36,127 bases of DNA from Caulobacterales bacterium RIFOXYB1_FULL_67_16 (GTDB lineage: Bacteria; Pseudomonadota; Alphaproteobacteria; Caulobacterales; Caulobacteraceae), in contig MGLN01000110.1 of NCBI GenBank assembly GCA_001796045.1, positions 8,215 to 44,341 on the forward strand. Direction: 5' to 3'. This document shows positions 25,840-34,122 of this stretch, piece by piece. The notes under the pieces were generated by a model. The model worked only from the letters and a program-made list of their open reading frames with translations. It did no database searches and had not been told where the DNA came from. Numbering within the stretch: position 1 is the first letter of the stretch; every line of letters begins with the position of its first letter. The translations under genes were made by a program, and so were the position numbers.

Positions 25840-27111
25840 TCAGGTCAGGCGGTGAGAGATTTCGGTCAGGCCTCGCAGGTCGGAGCCGAAGCGCGCGATC
25901 GATCCCCGGTGCCGGTCCAACTCCCCATAGGGCAGATATCGGACGTCCAGGTCCGAGATCCGGCTGAAAGCCGGCCGCTGGAGCTGGGCCCGGACATCGC
26001 CTTCCCGGCTGTCCGGCGCCACCAGAAAGAGACCGGCGGACGTGTGGAGTTCACGCGAGAGCGCCAGATCCAGCATGCGCACCACGCCGGAATAGATGGT
26101 GGTGGAGTGCTCGACTTCGAAGGCCGCCGCCACGCGATCCGCCGCGGCGTCGAGCCAGAGGACGTCGATCAGACGGATCGACTCGGCGCCCGCGCCGTTC
26201 GCCAGCGCCGTCGGAAGTTGATCAAGACAGCCCTCGCCCAGACGCGCGCCGTCATGGAGCCGGCTCCGGTCGTTGGCGGCGATCCAGACCCGATAGCCGA
26301 GCGCGCGTCCCAGATCACGAAGCCAAGCCTGGATCTCCGTGTGCGTGCGATCCGTCTCGCGCTGCTGCGCCGTCGCCTTCTCGAACTTCACCGCTTCCGC
26401 GCGGGCCTGGGCGAGCCGTTCCTCCCACCCCTGGCGCGAAAGCGCGTCACCGTCGGGGGGCGGCGCCGGATACCGCCCGGAGCCGACATCGAACAGGAAT
26501 CCCGCGAGGGCGCCCAGATCGTTCGACAGAAGGTCACGATATCGGGCGTTCAGCGCCAGGAGGCCTTCCCGCATGGCCAGATAATGTTCCCAGCTGCCGA
26601 GCTTCACCTTCGAGCCGGTGATCGCGTTGTAACCGTTGACGATGGCGGTGTTGAACGGGGGCGCATGCGTGGGGTGCAGGAAATAGATCAGGTTGGCGAC
26701 GGCCGGCCCGAGGCCCTTGATCTTGAGTTGATCGATCGTGCGGATGCCGGAGAGAATCTCGTCGGCTGTGGAACAGCCGCTGCAATGATGCAGCAGGCGG
26801 CCGAAGGCGCGCTGGTTCGCCGGGTTCTCGTAGATGTCGGGGATCCTCAACTTGGGCTTCCACAGAAAGGCGTGGTCGGCGCCCTTGAAGATCTGTCGCT
26901 GCTCGGCGACGGAATGGACGATGGTCTCCAGGGACGAGCCGCGATAGGCGACACCGAAGCGGCCCGTCTCGATCTCCTCGACCACCTGGCCGATGCCCCG
27001 GCGGATCGACCGGAAATTCTTCAGCCGTTCATCCCACAGGAACCAGGTTTGGTAGGTCGCCGAGGGGTCTTCACGCCATTGCGCGATGAGGTCTCGATGT
27101 CTGTCCGGCAC
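25840..27111 (-). CDS. Conserved hypothetical protein with HhH-like motif and C-terminal restriction-endonuclease-like domain
   Basis: 423 aa; LKIKGLGPAVAN (HhH-like); HTEIQAWL...G..VWIA...IDVLW...AFEVEHSTTIYSG (PD-(D/E)xK-like). Confidence 0.7.
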   Translation of the reverse strand: MPDRHRDLIAQWREDPSATYQTWFLWDERLKNFRSIRRGIGQVVEEIETGRFGVAYRGSSLETIVHSVAEQRQIFKGADHAFLWKPKLRIPDIYENPANQRAFGRLLHHCSGCSTADEILSGIRTIDQLKIKGLGPAVANLIYFLHPTHAPPFNTAIVNGYNAITGSKVKLGSWEHYLAMREGLLALNARYRDLLSNDLGALAGFLFDVGSGRYPAPPPDGDALSRQGWEERLAQARAEAVKFEKATAQQRETDRTHTEIQAWLRDLGRALGYRVWIAANDRSRLHDGARLGEGCLDQLPTALANGAGAESIRLIDVLWLDAAADRVAAAFEVEHSTTIYSGVVRMLDLALSRELHTSAGLFLVAPDSREGDVRAQLQRPAFSRISDLDVRYLPYGELDRHRGSIARFGSDLRGLTEISHRLT

Positions 27112-27580
27112 GCCATCCCTCAGTTCCTGGATCTTTCCATCCCAGCGTAAGCGGATATGCGCTGAAGCGCCACCGGCGCGACTCTTCTGCGGTCAGTTGT
27201 GCTCCTGAGGAGCAGCTATGCCGGCCATTCTTGACGATCGCGACCGAACTGATCGGCGCGCCGTCCGGTGCGGTCGCGTCTCGACTTGAAAGCCTGGAGG
27301 CGCCCATCTCGGGCACCATGTGCTTTAAGTCCGCGTCCTTCTGTCCGCCTCACCGTGGCCGGCCTCATCGGCTTCTAGGCGCACCCAACACTAGTATACG
27401 CTGGCCCAAGCTCACTACGATCTAGATAACGAGGAATCTTGATGTGTCCGGAGGACAGCGGGAGTGAGGCGGAGCCATGTACATCCGGACGTGATCGTCG
27501 AGCGGCGTCGTCGGCGGCCGAACGAGCCGGGTAGGGCCGTGGGGACGAAGTTTGAGTTCTAAAAACGTCGGACTTCCAGT

Positions 27581-27994
27581 TCAGGCTTGCTCGCCCTGAA
27601 GCGTGGAAATGATCGGACACGGTCCGCTGTCGCTCGCCGCGCAGGCGCTCGCCAGTCGGCGCAACGCCGCTCTTGCCGCCTCGAGATCGGCGATGGTTCG
27701 ATCCAAGGCCTCCAGCCTCTCGGCCGCCAGCATACGGGCGCGTGTGCGATCCTCACCGGCGTCGAGCGACAACAGCTCTTTGATCTGGTCGAGGGTGAAG
27801 CCGGCCGTCTGTGCGGAGCGGATGAACCTCAGCCGGCGTACATCCTCTTCGCCGTAGCGGCGAACGCCTGACCCCGCGCCGTCGCGCGACCAGCGGTCGG
27901 GCGTCGGAAGCAGACCGCGACGTTGGTAGAAGCGAACCGTCTCTACCCCGACGCCGCCGTCTCGCGCCAGTCCGGCGATCGTTCGAACACTCAT
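27581..27994 (-). CDS. MerR-family metal-responsive regulator
   Basis: TIAGLARDGGVGVETVRFYQRRGLL; RLRFIRSAQTAGFTLDQI; C-terminal C-X7-CPII. Confidence 0.92.
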   Translation of the reverse strand: MSVRTIAGLARDGGVGVETVRFYQRRGLLPTPDRWSRDGAGSGVRRYGEEDVRRLRFIRSAQTAGFTLDQIKELLSLDAGEDRTRARMLAAERLEALDRTIADLEAARAALRRLASACAASDSGPCPIISTLQGEQA

Positions 27995-27996
27995 GC

Positions 27997-28027
27997 TTGA
28001 CTCCGTATCATGGTACGGAACTTAAGA
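27997..28027 (+). promoter_or_regulatory. MerR-type promoter/operator
   Basis: TTGACT, a long 19-20 bp spacer containing the dyad TCCGTA-N6-TACGGA (28002-28019), then TTAAGA/TAAGAC; closely resembles the classical merT promoter. Confidence 0.88.
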
Positions 28028-28062
28028 CGTGCGGCTCGGATTTGAAGATCAAGGAGACTGGC

Positions 28063-28827
28063 ATGGCCAAGACCGCTGTCATCTATCGTATGGTCATGCC
28101 TGACCACACCTGTCCCTGGGGGCTGAAGGCCCGCCATCTGCTCAGGAGCCGGGGCTACAAGGTCGAAGACCATTGGCTGACCACGCGCGAGCAGACCGAC
28201 GCCTTCAAGGCGGAACATGGGGTGAAGACCACGCCCCAGGTCTTCATCGACGGGCAGCGCATCGGCGGCCACGACGATCTGCGCCGCTTTCTGGGACTGA
28301 AGGTGCGCGACCCCGAGGCGACGACCTACACGCCGGTTCTGGTCGTTTTCCTGACCACCGCCGTCATGGCCGCGATGCTGAGCCTGACGGTCTATGGCAC
28401 GCCCCTGACCGTCCGCTCGGGCGAGTGGTTCATCGCGCTGTCCATGATGGCGCTGGCGATGCTGAAGCTTCAGAACATCGAGAGCTTCTCGTCCATGTTC
28501 CTGAACTACGATCTTCTGGCCAAGCGGTGGGTGCCTTACGGCAAGGTCTATCCATTCGCCGAGTTCGGAGCGGGCGCCTTGATGGTCGCTGGCGTCCTGA
28601 CCTGGCTGTCCGCGCCGGTCGCCCTGTTCATCGGAGGCATCGGCGCGGCCTCGGTGATCAAGGCCGTCTATATCGACAAGCGCGAGTTGAAATGCGCTTG
28701 CGTCGGGGGTGACAGCAATGTGCCGCTCGGCTTCCTGTCCCTGACCGAGAACCTGATGATGATCGCTATGGCGGTTTGGATGCTCGTCATGGGGTACGGC
28801 CGAGCCGCGTCGGCAATGGGGATGTAA
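28063..28827 (+). CDS. Glutaredoxin + MauE/DoxX-like redox membrane protein fusion
   Basis: HTCPWG and TTPQVFIDGQRIGG (glutaredoxin); TM part with YDLLAKRW, KCACVGG, TENLMM; AAGGAG RBS. Confidence 0.88.
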   Translation: MAKTAVIYRMVMPDHTCPWGLKARHLLRSRGYKVEDHWLTTREQTDAFKAEHGVKTTPQVFIDGQRIGGHDDLRRFLGLKVRDPEATTYTPVLVVFLTTAVMAAMLSLTVYGTPLTVRSGEWFIALSMMALAMLKLQNIESFSSMFLNYDLLAKRWVPYGKVYPFAEFGAGALMVAGVLTWLSAPVALFIGGIGAASVIKAVYIDKRELKCACVGGDSNVPLGFLSLTENLMMIAMAVWMLVMGYGRAASAMGM

Positions 28828-28996
28828 GCGCTCGCCGGGGCGCTGGCTGCGCCGCCGGCGGAAAGTCGAATCATCTAGCCCGCCGGGTCCCGGCAAACCG
28901 GGGCCCGGTCAGCGCGATCCTGTCGGGGCTCGACGACAGCCCGGCGCAGGTAGGGTGGCGCGAGATCGAAGCGGCGACTTGGCAAGGCGCGCTAGG

Positions 28997-29018
28997 ATAG
29001 GGTAGGGGGCTATCCTAT
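28997..29018 (+). promoter_or_regulatory. RcnR/DmeR-type operator overlapping the start codon
   Basis: ATAGGGTAG-GGGG-CTATCCTAT, an imperfect inverted repeat around a G-tract. Confidence 0.8.
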
Positions 29019-29286
29019 GCACATAGCGAACTCCGAGGCTTTGACCAAAAGGGTCAAGCGGATCTCCGGTCAGGTCGGCGCGATCGAGCGGGCCTTGAGC
29101 GAAGGCGACGACTGCGCCTCGCTGCTCCACCTGATCGCGGCGACGCGCGGAGCCATCAACGGCCTCCTCGACGAGGTCATCGAGGAACACCTGCGGGAAC
29201 ACGTCGCCAGGCCGGGCCTGTCCGACGCCGAGCGCAAGCAGGCGGCGGACGATGTGATCGAAGCCATCCGCCGCTATTCCAAGTAG
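29017..29286 (+). CDS. dmeR: RcnR/DmeR-family Ni/Co-sensing repressor
   Basis: H2, C, and HLREH give the H-C-H-H fingerprint; directly upstream of dmeF. Confidence 0.85.
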   Translation: MHIANSEALTKRVKRISGQVGAIERALSEGDDCASLLHLIAATRGAINGLLDEVIEEHLREHVARPGLSDAERKQAADDVIEAIRRYSK

Positions 29287-29293
29287 GACGACC

Positions 29294-30319
29294 ATGACGA
29301 CCCCAAGCGACCTCGACGCCTTCGCCCACGACCATGTCTTCTTGGGCGCCGGGCACGACGACAACGCCCGCCGGACGATGTGGGTCGTCGTCCTCACCGC
29401 CGTGACGATGCTGGGTGAAATCGCCGCCGGCTATTGGACCGGTTCGATGGCGCTTCTGGCCGACGGCTTCCACATGGCCACCCATGCCGGCGCGCTCGGC
29501 GTCGCGGCTGCGGCCTATGCCTACGCCAAGCGTCACGCCAGCAACCGTCGTTTCACTTTCGGGACCGGCAAGGTCGGAGACCTGGCCGGCTTCGCGTCCG
29601 CCCTGGTGCTGGGCCTGGTCGCGCTCGGCATCGGCGTCGAGTCCATCCGCCGGCTGTTCGAACCGTCCTCGGTCGCCTTCACCGAGGCGACGATCATCGC
29701 CGTGGTCGGCCTGGCCGTAAATGTGGTCAGCGCCCTTCTGCTGTCAGGTGGACATGGACATGGACATGGACATGGACACGGGCACGGGCACGGGCACGGG
29801 CACGGTCATGGGCACGGTCATGGGCACGGGCATCATCATGCCCATGACCACCACGATCACGATCATGAGCACGCGCACCATGACCACGAGACCGCTCTCG
29901 GGGCGATTCGCAGTCAGGACAACAATCTGCGCTCAGCCTATGTCCACGTCCTGGCCGACGCCCTGACGTCCGTGCTCGCCATTGCTGCTCTGCTGGCCGG
30001 TCGCTTCCTAGGCTGGACCTGGCTTGATCCGATGATGGGCATCGTCGGGGCGATCGTGATCGGACGCTGGTCCTGGGAGCTTATGCGAGACACCGGAGCC
30101 ATCCTGCTCGACACGACCGACGATCACGTCGCGGAGGAGGTTCGGGAGCTGGTGGAAGGCCCCGGCGACGCCCGTATCGTCGATCTGCACGTTTGGCGGA
30201 TCGGGCCGGAAGCGCACGCGGCCATCGTCTCGACTGTGGGGAGCGTTCCCGCGGCAACCATCCGAGCGCGCTTGAAGCCCGTCCACGAAATCCAGCACCT
30301 CACCGTCGAGACACGGTAG
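29294..30319 (+). CDS. dmeF: CDF-family Co/Ni efflux transporter DmeF
   Basis: HDHVFLG, GSMALLADGFHMATHAGA, FTFGTGKVGDLAGF, NLRSAYVHVLADALTS, DLHVW, HLTVE. Confidence 0.95.
   Translation: MTTPSDLDAFAHDHVFLGAGHDDNARRTMWVVVLTAVTMLGEIAAGYWTGSMALLADGFHMATHAGALGVAAAAYAYAKRHASNRRFTFGTGKVGDLAGFASALVLGLVALGIGVESIRRLFEPSSVAFTEATIIAVVGLAVNVVSALLLSGGHGHGHGHGHGHGHGHGHGHGHGHGHGHHHAHDHHDHDHEHAHHDHETALGAIRSQDNNLRSAYVHVLADALTSVLAIAALLAGRFLGWTWLDPMMGIVGAIVIGRWSWELMRDTGAILLDTTDDHVAEEVRELVEGPGDARIVDLHVWRIGPEAHAAIVSTVGSVPAATIRARLKPVHEIQHLTVETR
29750..29833 (+). repeat. Hexanucleotide repeat encoding (GH)14
   Basis: GGACAT x4, GGACAC, GGGCAC x4, then alternating GGTCAT/GGGCAC and GGGCAT: 14 units. Confidence 0.95.
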
Positions 30320-30973
30320 GTGGTCAATCGAAGCCCGTTTGAGGCGAACAGCCAAAACTCTAGCGTCCTGCTGGGTTAGAGGGGCCAGACTTCGCTAGGG
30401 TGGTCCGCCATGCTACTGAGGGCTGGCAGATGCACGCGATAGATTCGATTGCTGATCGAGATTTTCGATTGTCAATACATCTCGAAAGATGGCGCGATCA
30501 CGCGTTTTTTACATTGGGTTATTTGTCTAATGTTTTCATCGGCCTTGCGATTAGTCGGGTTGCCAGTCGGTGCCGTGTGTGGCGTGATCCGAATTGCTTA
30601 TTCCAAACAGATGCTTAGGCAAGCGCGAGCAATCGAGTGGGAATAATTCAGGTCTTTCGGGAGCTTTCGATATCGCTTCCGGGACGCTCGATAAACGCCT
30701 GACGACATTGCGAATTCTGACGAGACCCTTCGGAGCCATTCGGAGGGTCTCTTTTCGTTTTGTCGGACTGGCAGACGGTGCGCCCGCCACGGCGATCCAT
30801 GTCCGGGATCGGAGGAAGTTCCTGGTTGTCGACGATCTCATAATCACCTCCTCGCTCCGCTTTCCGAGCGACGGTCGGGCGGCCGAGACAACCTGGGCAA
30901 ATCAGATTGAGACGACGTCCTCTCAGATTTTCTGAGGTTGAGCGAAGGCGACGGCTTGGCGACGGTGGCGGCC

Positions 30974-31336
30974 ATGACAGACGCTCTCTCCGCGCGCGCC
31001 GACCTGTTCCTGCTCGAACCGGGGTTCGAGGATCCGGCCTTTCCCGGAGCGGTCTATTTCGACCGCTACTCGGCGCTGCTGGAGGGGGTGCTGCGCTCCT
31101 ATCCCCGCCTGGAGGAGGTGATCGTCGTGCACCGCGTCGGATTCGAGCGGACGCGCGGCCTGACGCTGGCGGTGCGGGAGGGCGAGGCGCCCGGCCGCAA
31201 CGCCGTCGTCTTTCGGCGCGACGACCGGCCGACGGACGGCTACGGCCTGACGGTCACCGACCGGGGGGCGACGGTCACGGCCGGCGGCTTCGGGGGGCTG
31301 TTGTACGGCGCGGTCAGCCTTCCGCGGAGACCTTAA
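30974..31336 (+). pseudogene. Probable chimeric gene remnant containing a GH20 (beta-hexosaminidase) domain-2-like fragment
   Basis: The 3' half encodes DGYGLTVTDRGATVTAGGFGGLLYGAVSL, resembling the 'EGYxLxV...GlfYG.vtL' motif; it stops immediately after, with no catalytic domain. Confidence 0.5.
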
Positions 31337-31418
31337 CGGGAGCCGAGTTGTCGGCACACTGACAGCGTCCCCGGCAGGCATCAGTGGGATACGTCGAGCG
31401 TAGTAGACAACAGATTTC

Positions 31419-31432
31419 TGATGGCGCTGTCT
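31419..31432 (+). promoter_or_regulatory. Degenerate LacI-type operator upstream of the MFS gene
   Basis: TGATGGCGCTGTCT matches TGACAGCGCTGTCA at 11/14; a half site TGACAGCG lies at 31360. Confidence 0.45.
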
Positions 31433-31509
31433 TTAGCTGCTACTCAGCATGAGAAGCTTGTTCCGACAGGGTCTTTTTGATTCAGGGTCGCTACGATGGG
31501 GGGGAGGCG

Positions 31510-32778
31510 ATGAGTCAGGCAGAGACCGGACCGGTCGGACAGCGGCAGATCTATTTCCTGGCCAGCTATGTGCTGGTCTTTGTCGCCGCGTTCGTCGCGC
31601 TCACGCCTGTGCTGCAGATCATCGTGCCGCTTCACGCCGGTCGCATCGATCCAGCCGACAAGACGAGAATTCTGAGCCAGGCGATGTTCTGGGGAGCGGC
31701 GACGGCCGCGATCTCAAATGTAGCCGTCGGCGCGCTGAGTGATCGAACCCGATCGCGATTTGGACGTCGGCGGCCATGGTTGGCGGCCGGCGCTCTGCTG
31801 ATGGTCGTGACCTATGTGGGAATCGCCCAATCGCGGTCGCCCTTGCAGCTCACCCTGGGGGTCATGGCCTTTCAGGTGGCGTTCAACATGATGATGGCGC
31901 CGATGCTGGCCCTGTTCGCCGAAAGAGTGGGCCTGGCGCAGCGCACGACCATGTCCGCCCTCCTGGGGGTCTGTTACCCCCTGGCGGTGGCTGTCGGCTC
32001 GGGATTGATGGCGCTGGGGCCTGCGACGGAAAACGGACGGCTCATTCTGCTGTCCCTGATCCTGTTGGCGGTCGTGCTGCCCTTCGTCCTGTTGTTTCCG
32101 GAACCGGTCGGCGCCCCCTACCTCCGCGCGCCGGGGCGTGACCGCCCGGAGTTCAGGGGTTTTCTGGCCCCCTTCAAATCACGGAACTTTTCGCTGGTCT
32201 GGGGCGGGCGGCTTTCGCTGTCGACGGGGTACGCGCTGGTCAGCGCCTACCTCCTCTATTTCGTCGCCGAGGCGTTTCGCGCCGAGGACCGCAGCGCCGA
32301 GTTGTCTCACTCCATTCTCACCTCCGTCGCTCTGGGCGGCGTATTTGTCGTCGCCGGCGTCGTGGCCGTCCTCGGTGGCCGTTTGAAATCAAGAAAGTCC
32401 GCCGCCCTGGCGGGGGCGGTCTTGCTGTGCGGCGCGACGGGGGGCGCAGCCCTTTCCGAGCAGTGGGGCTTCGCGGTCGCATGTTTCTTGATCTACGGCA
32501 TCGGCCAGGGGGCTTATGGGGCGGTGGAGATGGGTCTGATGGCGGATGCTCTCCCCGACCGGCAGGGGCAGGGCAAGGACATGGGGCTTATCAATCTGAC
32601 GGTCGCTCTTCCTCAGGCCCTGGCGCCGGTCATTGCGGTGGTGGTTCAACAGAGCGGCGGGGAGACGCGCGCCCTGTTCCTGGGCGCGGCGCTCTGTTTC
32701 GGCGCCGGCGCCGTTCTGATTTCGGCCCTTAAGCCCCTGCGGAGGCTTGAAGAGGGATCCGGAAGCAAGATGGTCTGA
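31510..32778 (+). CDS. MFS transporter (sugar-related)
   Basis: About 12 hydrophobic segments; GALSDRTRSRFGRRRPW; GKDMGLIN...LPQ; GGAGG RBS. Confidence 0.92.
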   Translation: MSQAETGPVGQRQIYFLASYVLVFVAAFVALTPVLQIIVPLHAGRIDPADKTRILSQAMFWGAATAAISNVAVGALSDRTRSRFGRRRPWLAAGALLMVVTYVGIAQSRSPLQLTLGVMAFQVAFNMMMAPMLALFAERVGLAQRTTMSALLGVCYPLAVAVGSGLMALGPATENGRLILLSLILLAVVLPFVLLFPEPVGAPYLRAPGRDRPEFRGFLAPFKSRNFSLVWGGRLSLSTGYALVSAYLLYFVAEAFRAEDRSAELSHSILTSVALGGVFVVAGVVAVLGGRLKSRKSAALAGAVLLCGATGGAALSEQWGFAVACFLIYGIGQGAYGAVEMGLMADALPDRQGQGKDMGLINLTVALPQALAPVIAVVVQQSGGETRALFLGAALCFGAGAVLISALKPLRRLEEGSGSKMV

Positions 32779-32880
32779 GGCCTGCGGCCCATGCTTGCGG
32801 AGAGCATGCGGCGCGGATTAGGAGGGTTTGCTGGACCGACGCCTCGCCCAGCGGCGGCTGTCGGCAGGTCGGGGGAAACA

Positions 32881-33942
32881 ATGTCGGGTGCGACGATCTA
32901 TGATGTGGCGGCCGCCTCTGGCGCGTCCATCAAGTCGGTATCGAGGGTGCTGAACGGCGAGGCCAATGTCAGCACCGCCTTGCGCGAGCGCGTGCTGGCG
33001 GCTGTCGAGAGCCTGGGATACAGGCGCAACATGTCCGCGCGCGGCTTGGCCGGAGCGACCTCGTCGATCATCGCCGCCCTGGTGGACGCTCAACTGACCA
33101 TCGAACACTGGCGCAGCGGTCGAGGAAACGACTACCTCAGCCGGCTGGAGATGGGCGTTTTGATGGAGGTTCGGCGAGCCGACCACCATCTGATGGTCGA
33201 GCTGATCGACCATGCGTCACCCAATCTTCGGCGCGATCTGTCGGCGCTCTTGGCCTCCGTTCGTCCTCGGGGCGTCATCCTCACGCCTCCCAATTCGGAT
33301 CATCCCATCGTTCTCGAGACGCTGGAGGAGGCGGGGGTCGCCTATGCGCGGATCGGTCCCGAGCGCAACCTGAGCCAGGGCGTCTGCGTGGCCATGGATG
33401 AGCGGCAGGCCGCCTTCGACATGACCAAGCACCTGATTGAGCTGGGTCACCGTCGCATCGGCTTCGTGACAGGGCCGATCGCCTACGCCGCCAGTCAAAG
33501 GCGTCTCGAAGGATTTAGAAACGCCATGGCCGATCATGGTCTGCCGATTATGGAAGGAAGCGTCGCTCAGGGCGACTTCACCTTCCAGTCCGGCCTGGCG
33601 GCGATCGCCGGTTTTCTGGACCGGAATCTGCCGCTGACGGCCGTTTTCGCAAGCAACGACGATACGGCCTTGGGTGTGCTTCAAGGCGCTGCGGCGCGCG
33701 GGTTGCGCACGCCGCAGGATCTCTCGATCGCCGGTTTTGACGATACGCCCGGGGCCATGTTCGCCACGCCCTCGCTGACGACCATCCGCCAGCCCGTGAC
33801 CGAAATGGCCGCCCTGGCCGCCCGGGGTCTCATCCCTGGCTATCAGGACAAGGATGCGCCTGCCTCCGTTTCGCCGGGGGGGTGCCTGCTGGCGCCCTAT
33901 GCCCTGGTCGTGCGGAATTCAACGGGGGCCGTCACGCCCTGA
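32881..33942 (+). CDS. LacI-family transcriptional regulator
   Basis: TIYDVAAASGASIKSVSRVLN; LGHRRIGF, FASNDDTALG, SIAGFDD, LTTIRQP. Confidence 0.95.
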   Translation: MSGATIYDVAAASGASIKSVSRVLNGEANVSTALRERVLAAVESLGYRRNMSARGLAGATSSIIAALVDAQLTIEHWRSGRGNDYLSRLEMGVLMEVRRADHHLMVELIDHASPNLRRDLSALLASVRPRGVILTPPNSDHPIVLETLEEAGVAYARIGPERNLSQGVCVAMDERQAAFDMTKHLIELGHRRIGFVTGPIAYAASQRRLEGFRNAMADHGLPIMEGSVAQGDFTFQSGLAAIAGFLDRNLPLTAVFASNDDTALGVLQGAAARGLRTPQDLSIAGFDDTPGAMFATPSLTTIRQPVTEMAALAARGLIPGYQDKDAPASVSPGGCLLAPYALVVRNSTGAVTP

Positions 33943-33951
33943 CCAACGCTG

Positions 33952-33969
33952 ATTGACAGCGCTGTCAAT
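33952..33969. promoter_or_regulatory. Perfect LacI-type operator palindrome overlapping a TTGACA -35
   Basis: ATTGACAGCGCTGTCAAT, an 18-bp perfect palindrome with central CG, upstream of the GH3 gene. Confidence 0.88.
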
Positions 33970-34122
33970 TCACCTAGGCTACAATCGTGTAGGGACGGGC
34001 ATGGAGAGGAGGGGACGAATGTCCTCAAGGCGACGACACTCGTCGGGCCCTCAGCTCAGCCTGCCTTATCTGCGGCATCGCGTCTTGAATGACGGATCGC
34101 CTTGTCTTCCGTGGAGTCCGCC

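Noticed and set aside
27112-27580. Intergenic gap as a possible transposon end, res site or sRNA
   Set aside because: No convincing terminal inverted repeat, partner repeat or transposase was seen.
27581-28027. Mercury resistance operon
   Set aside because: No merT, merP or merA, and the regulator lacks the third Hg-binding Cys.
30400-30935. Short ORFs in the low-GC stretch
   Set aside because: Non-ATG starts, no RBS or motifs, and mutually overlapping.
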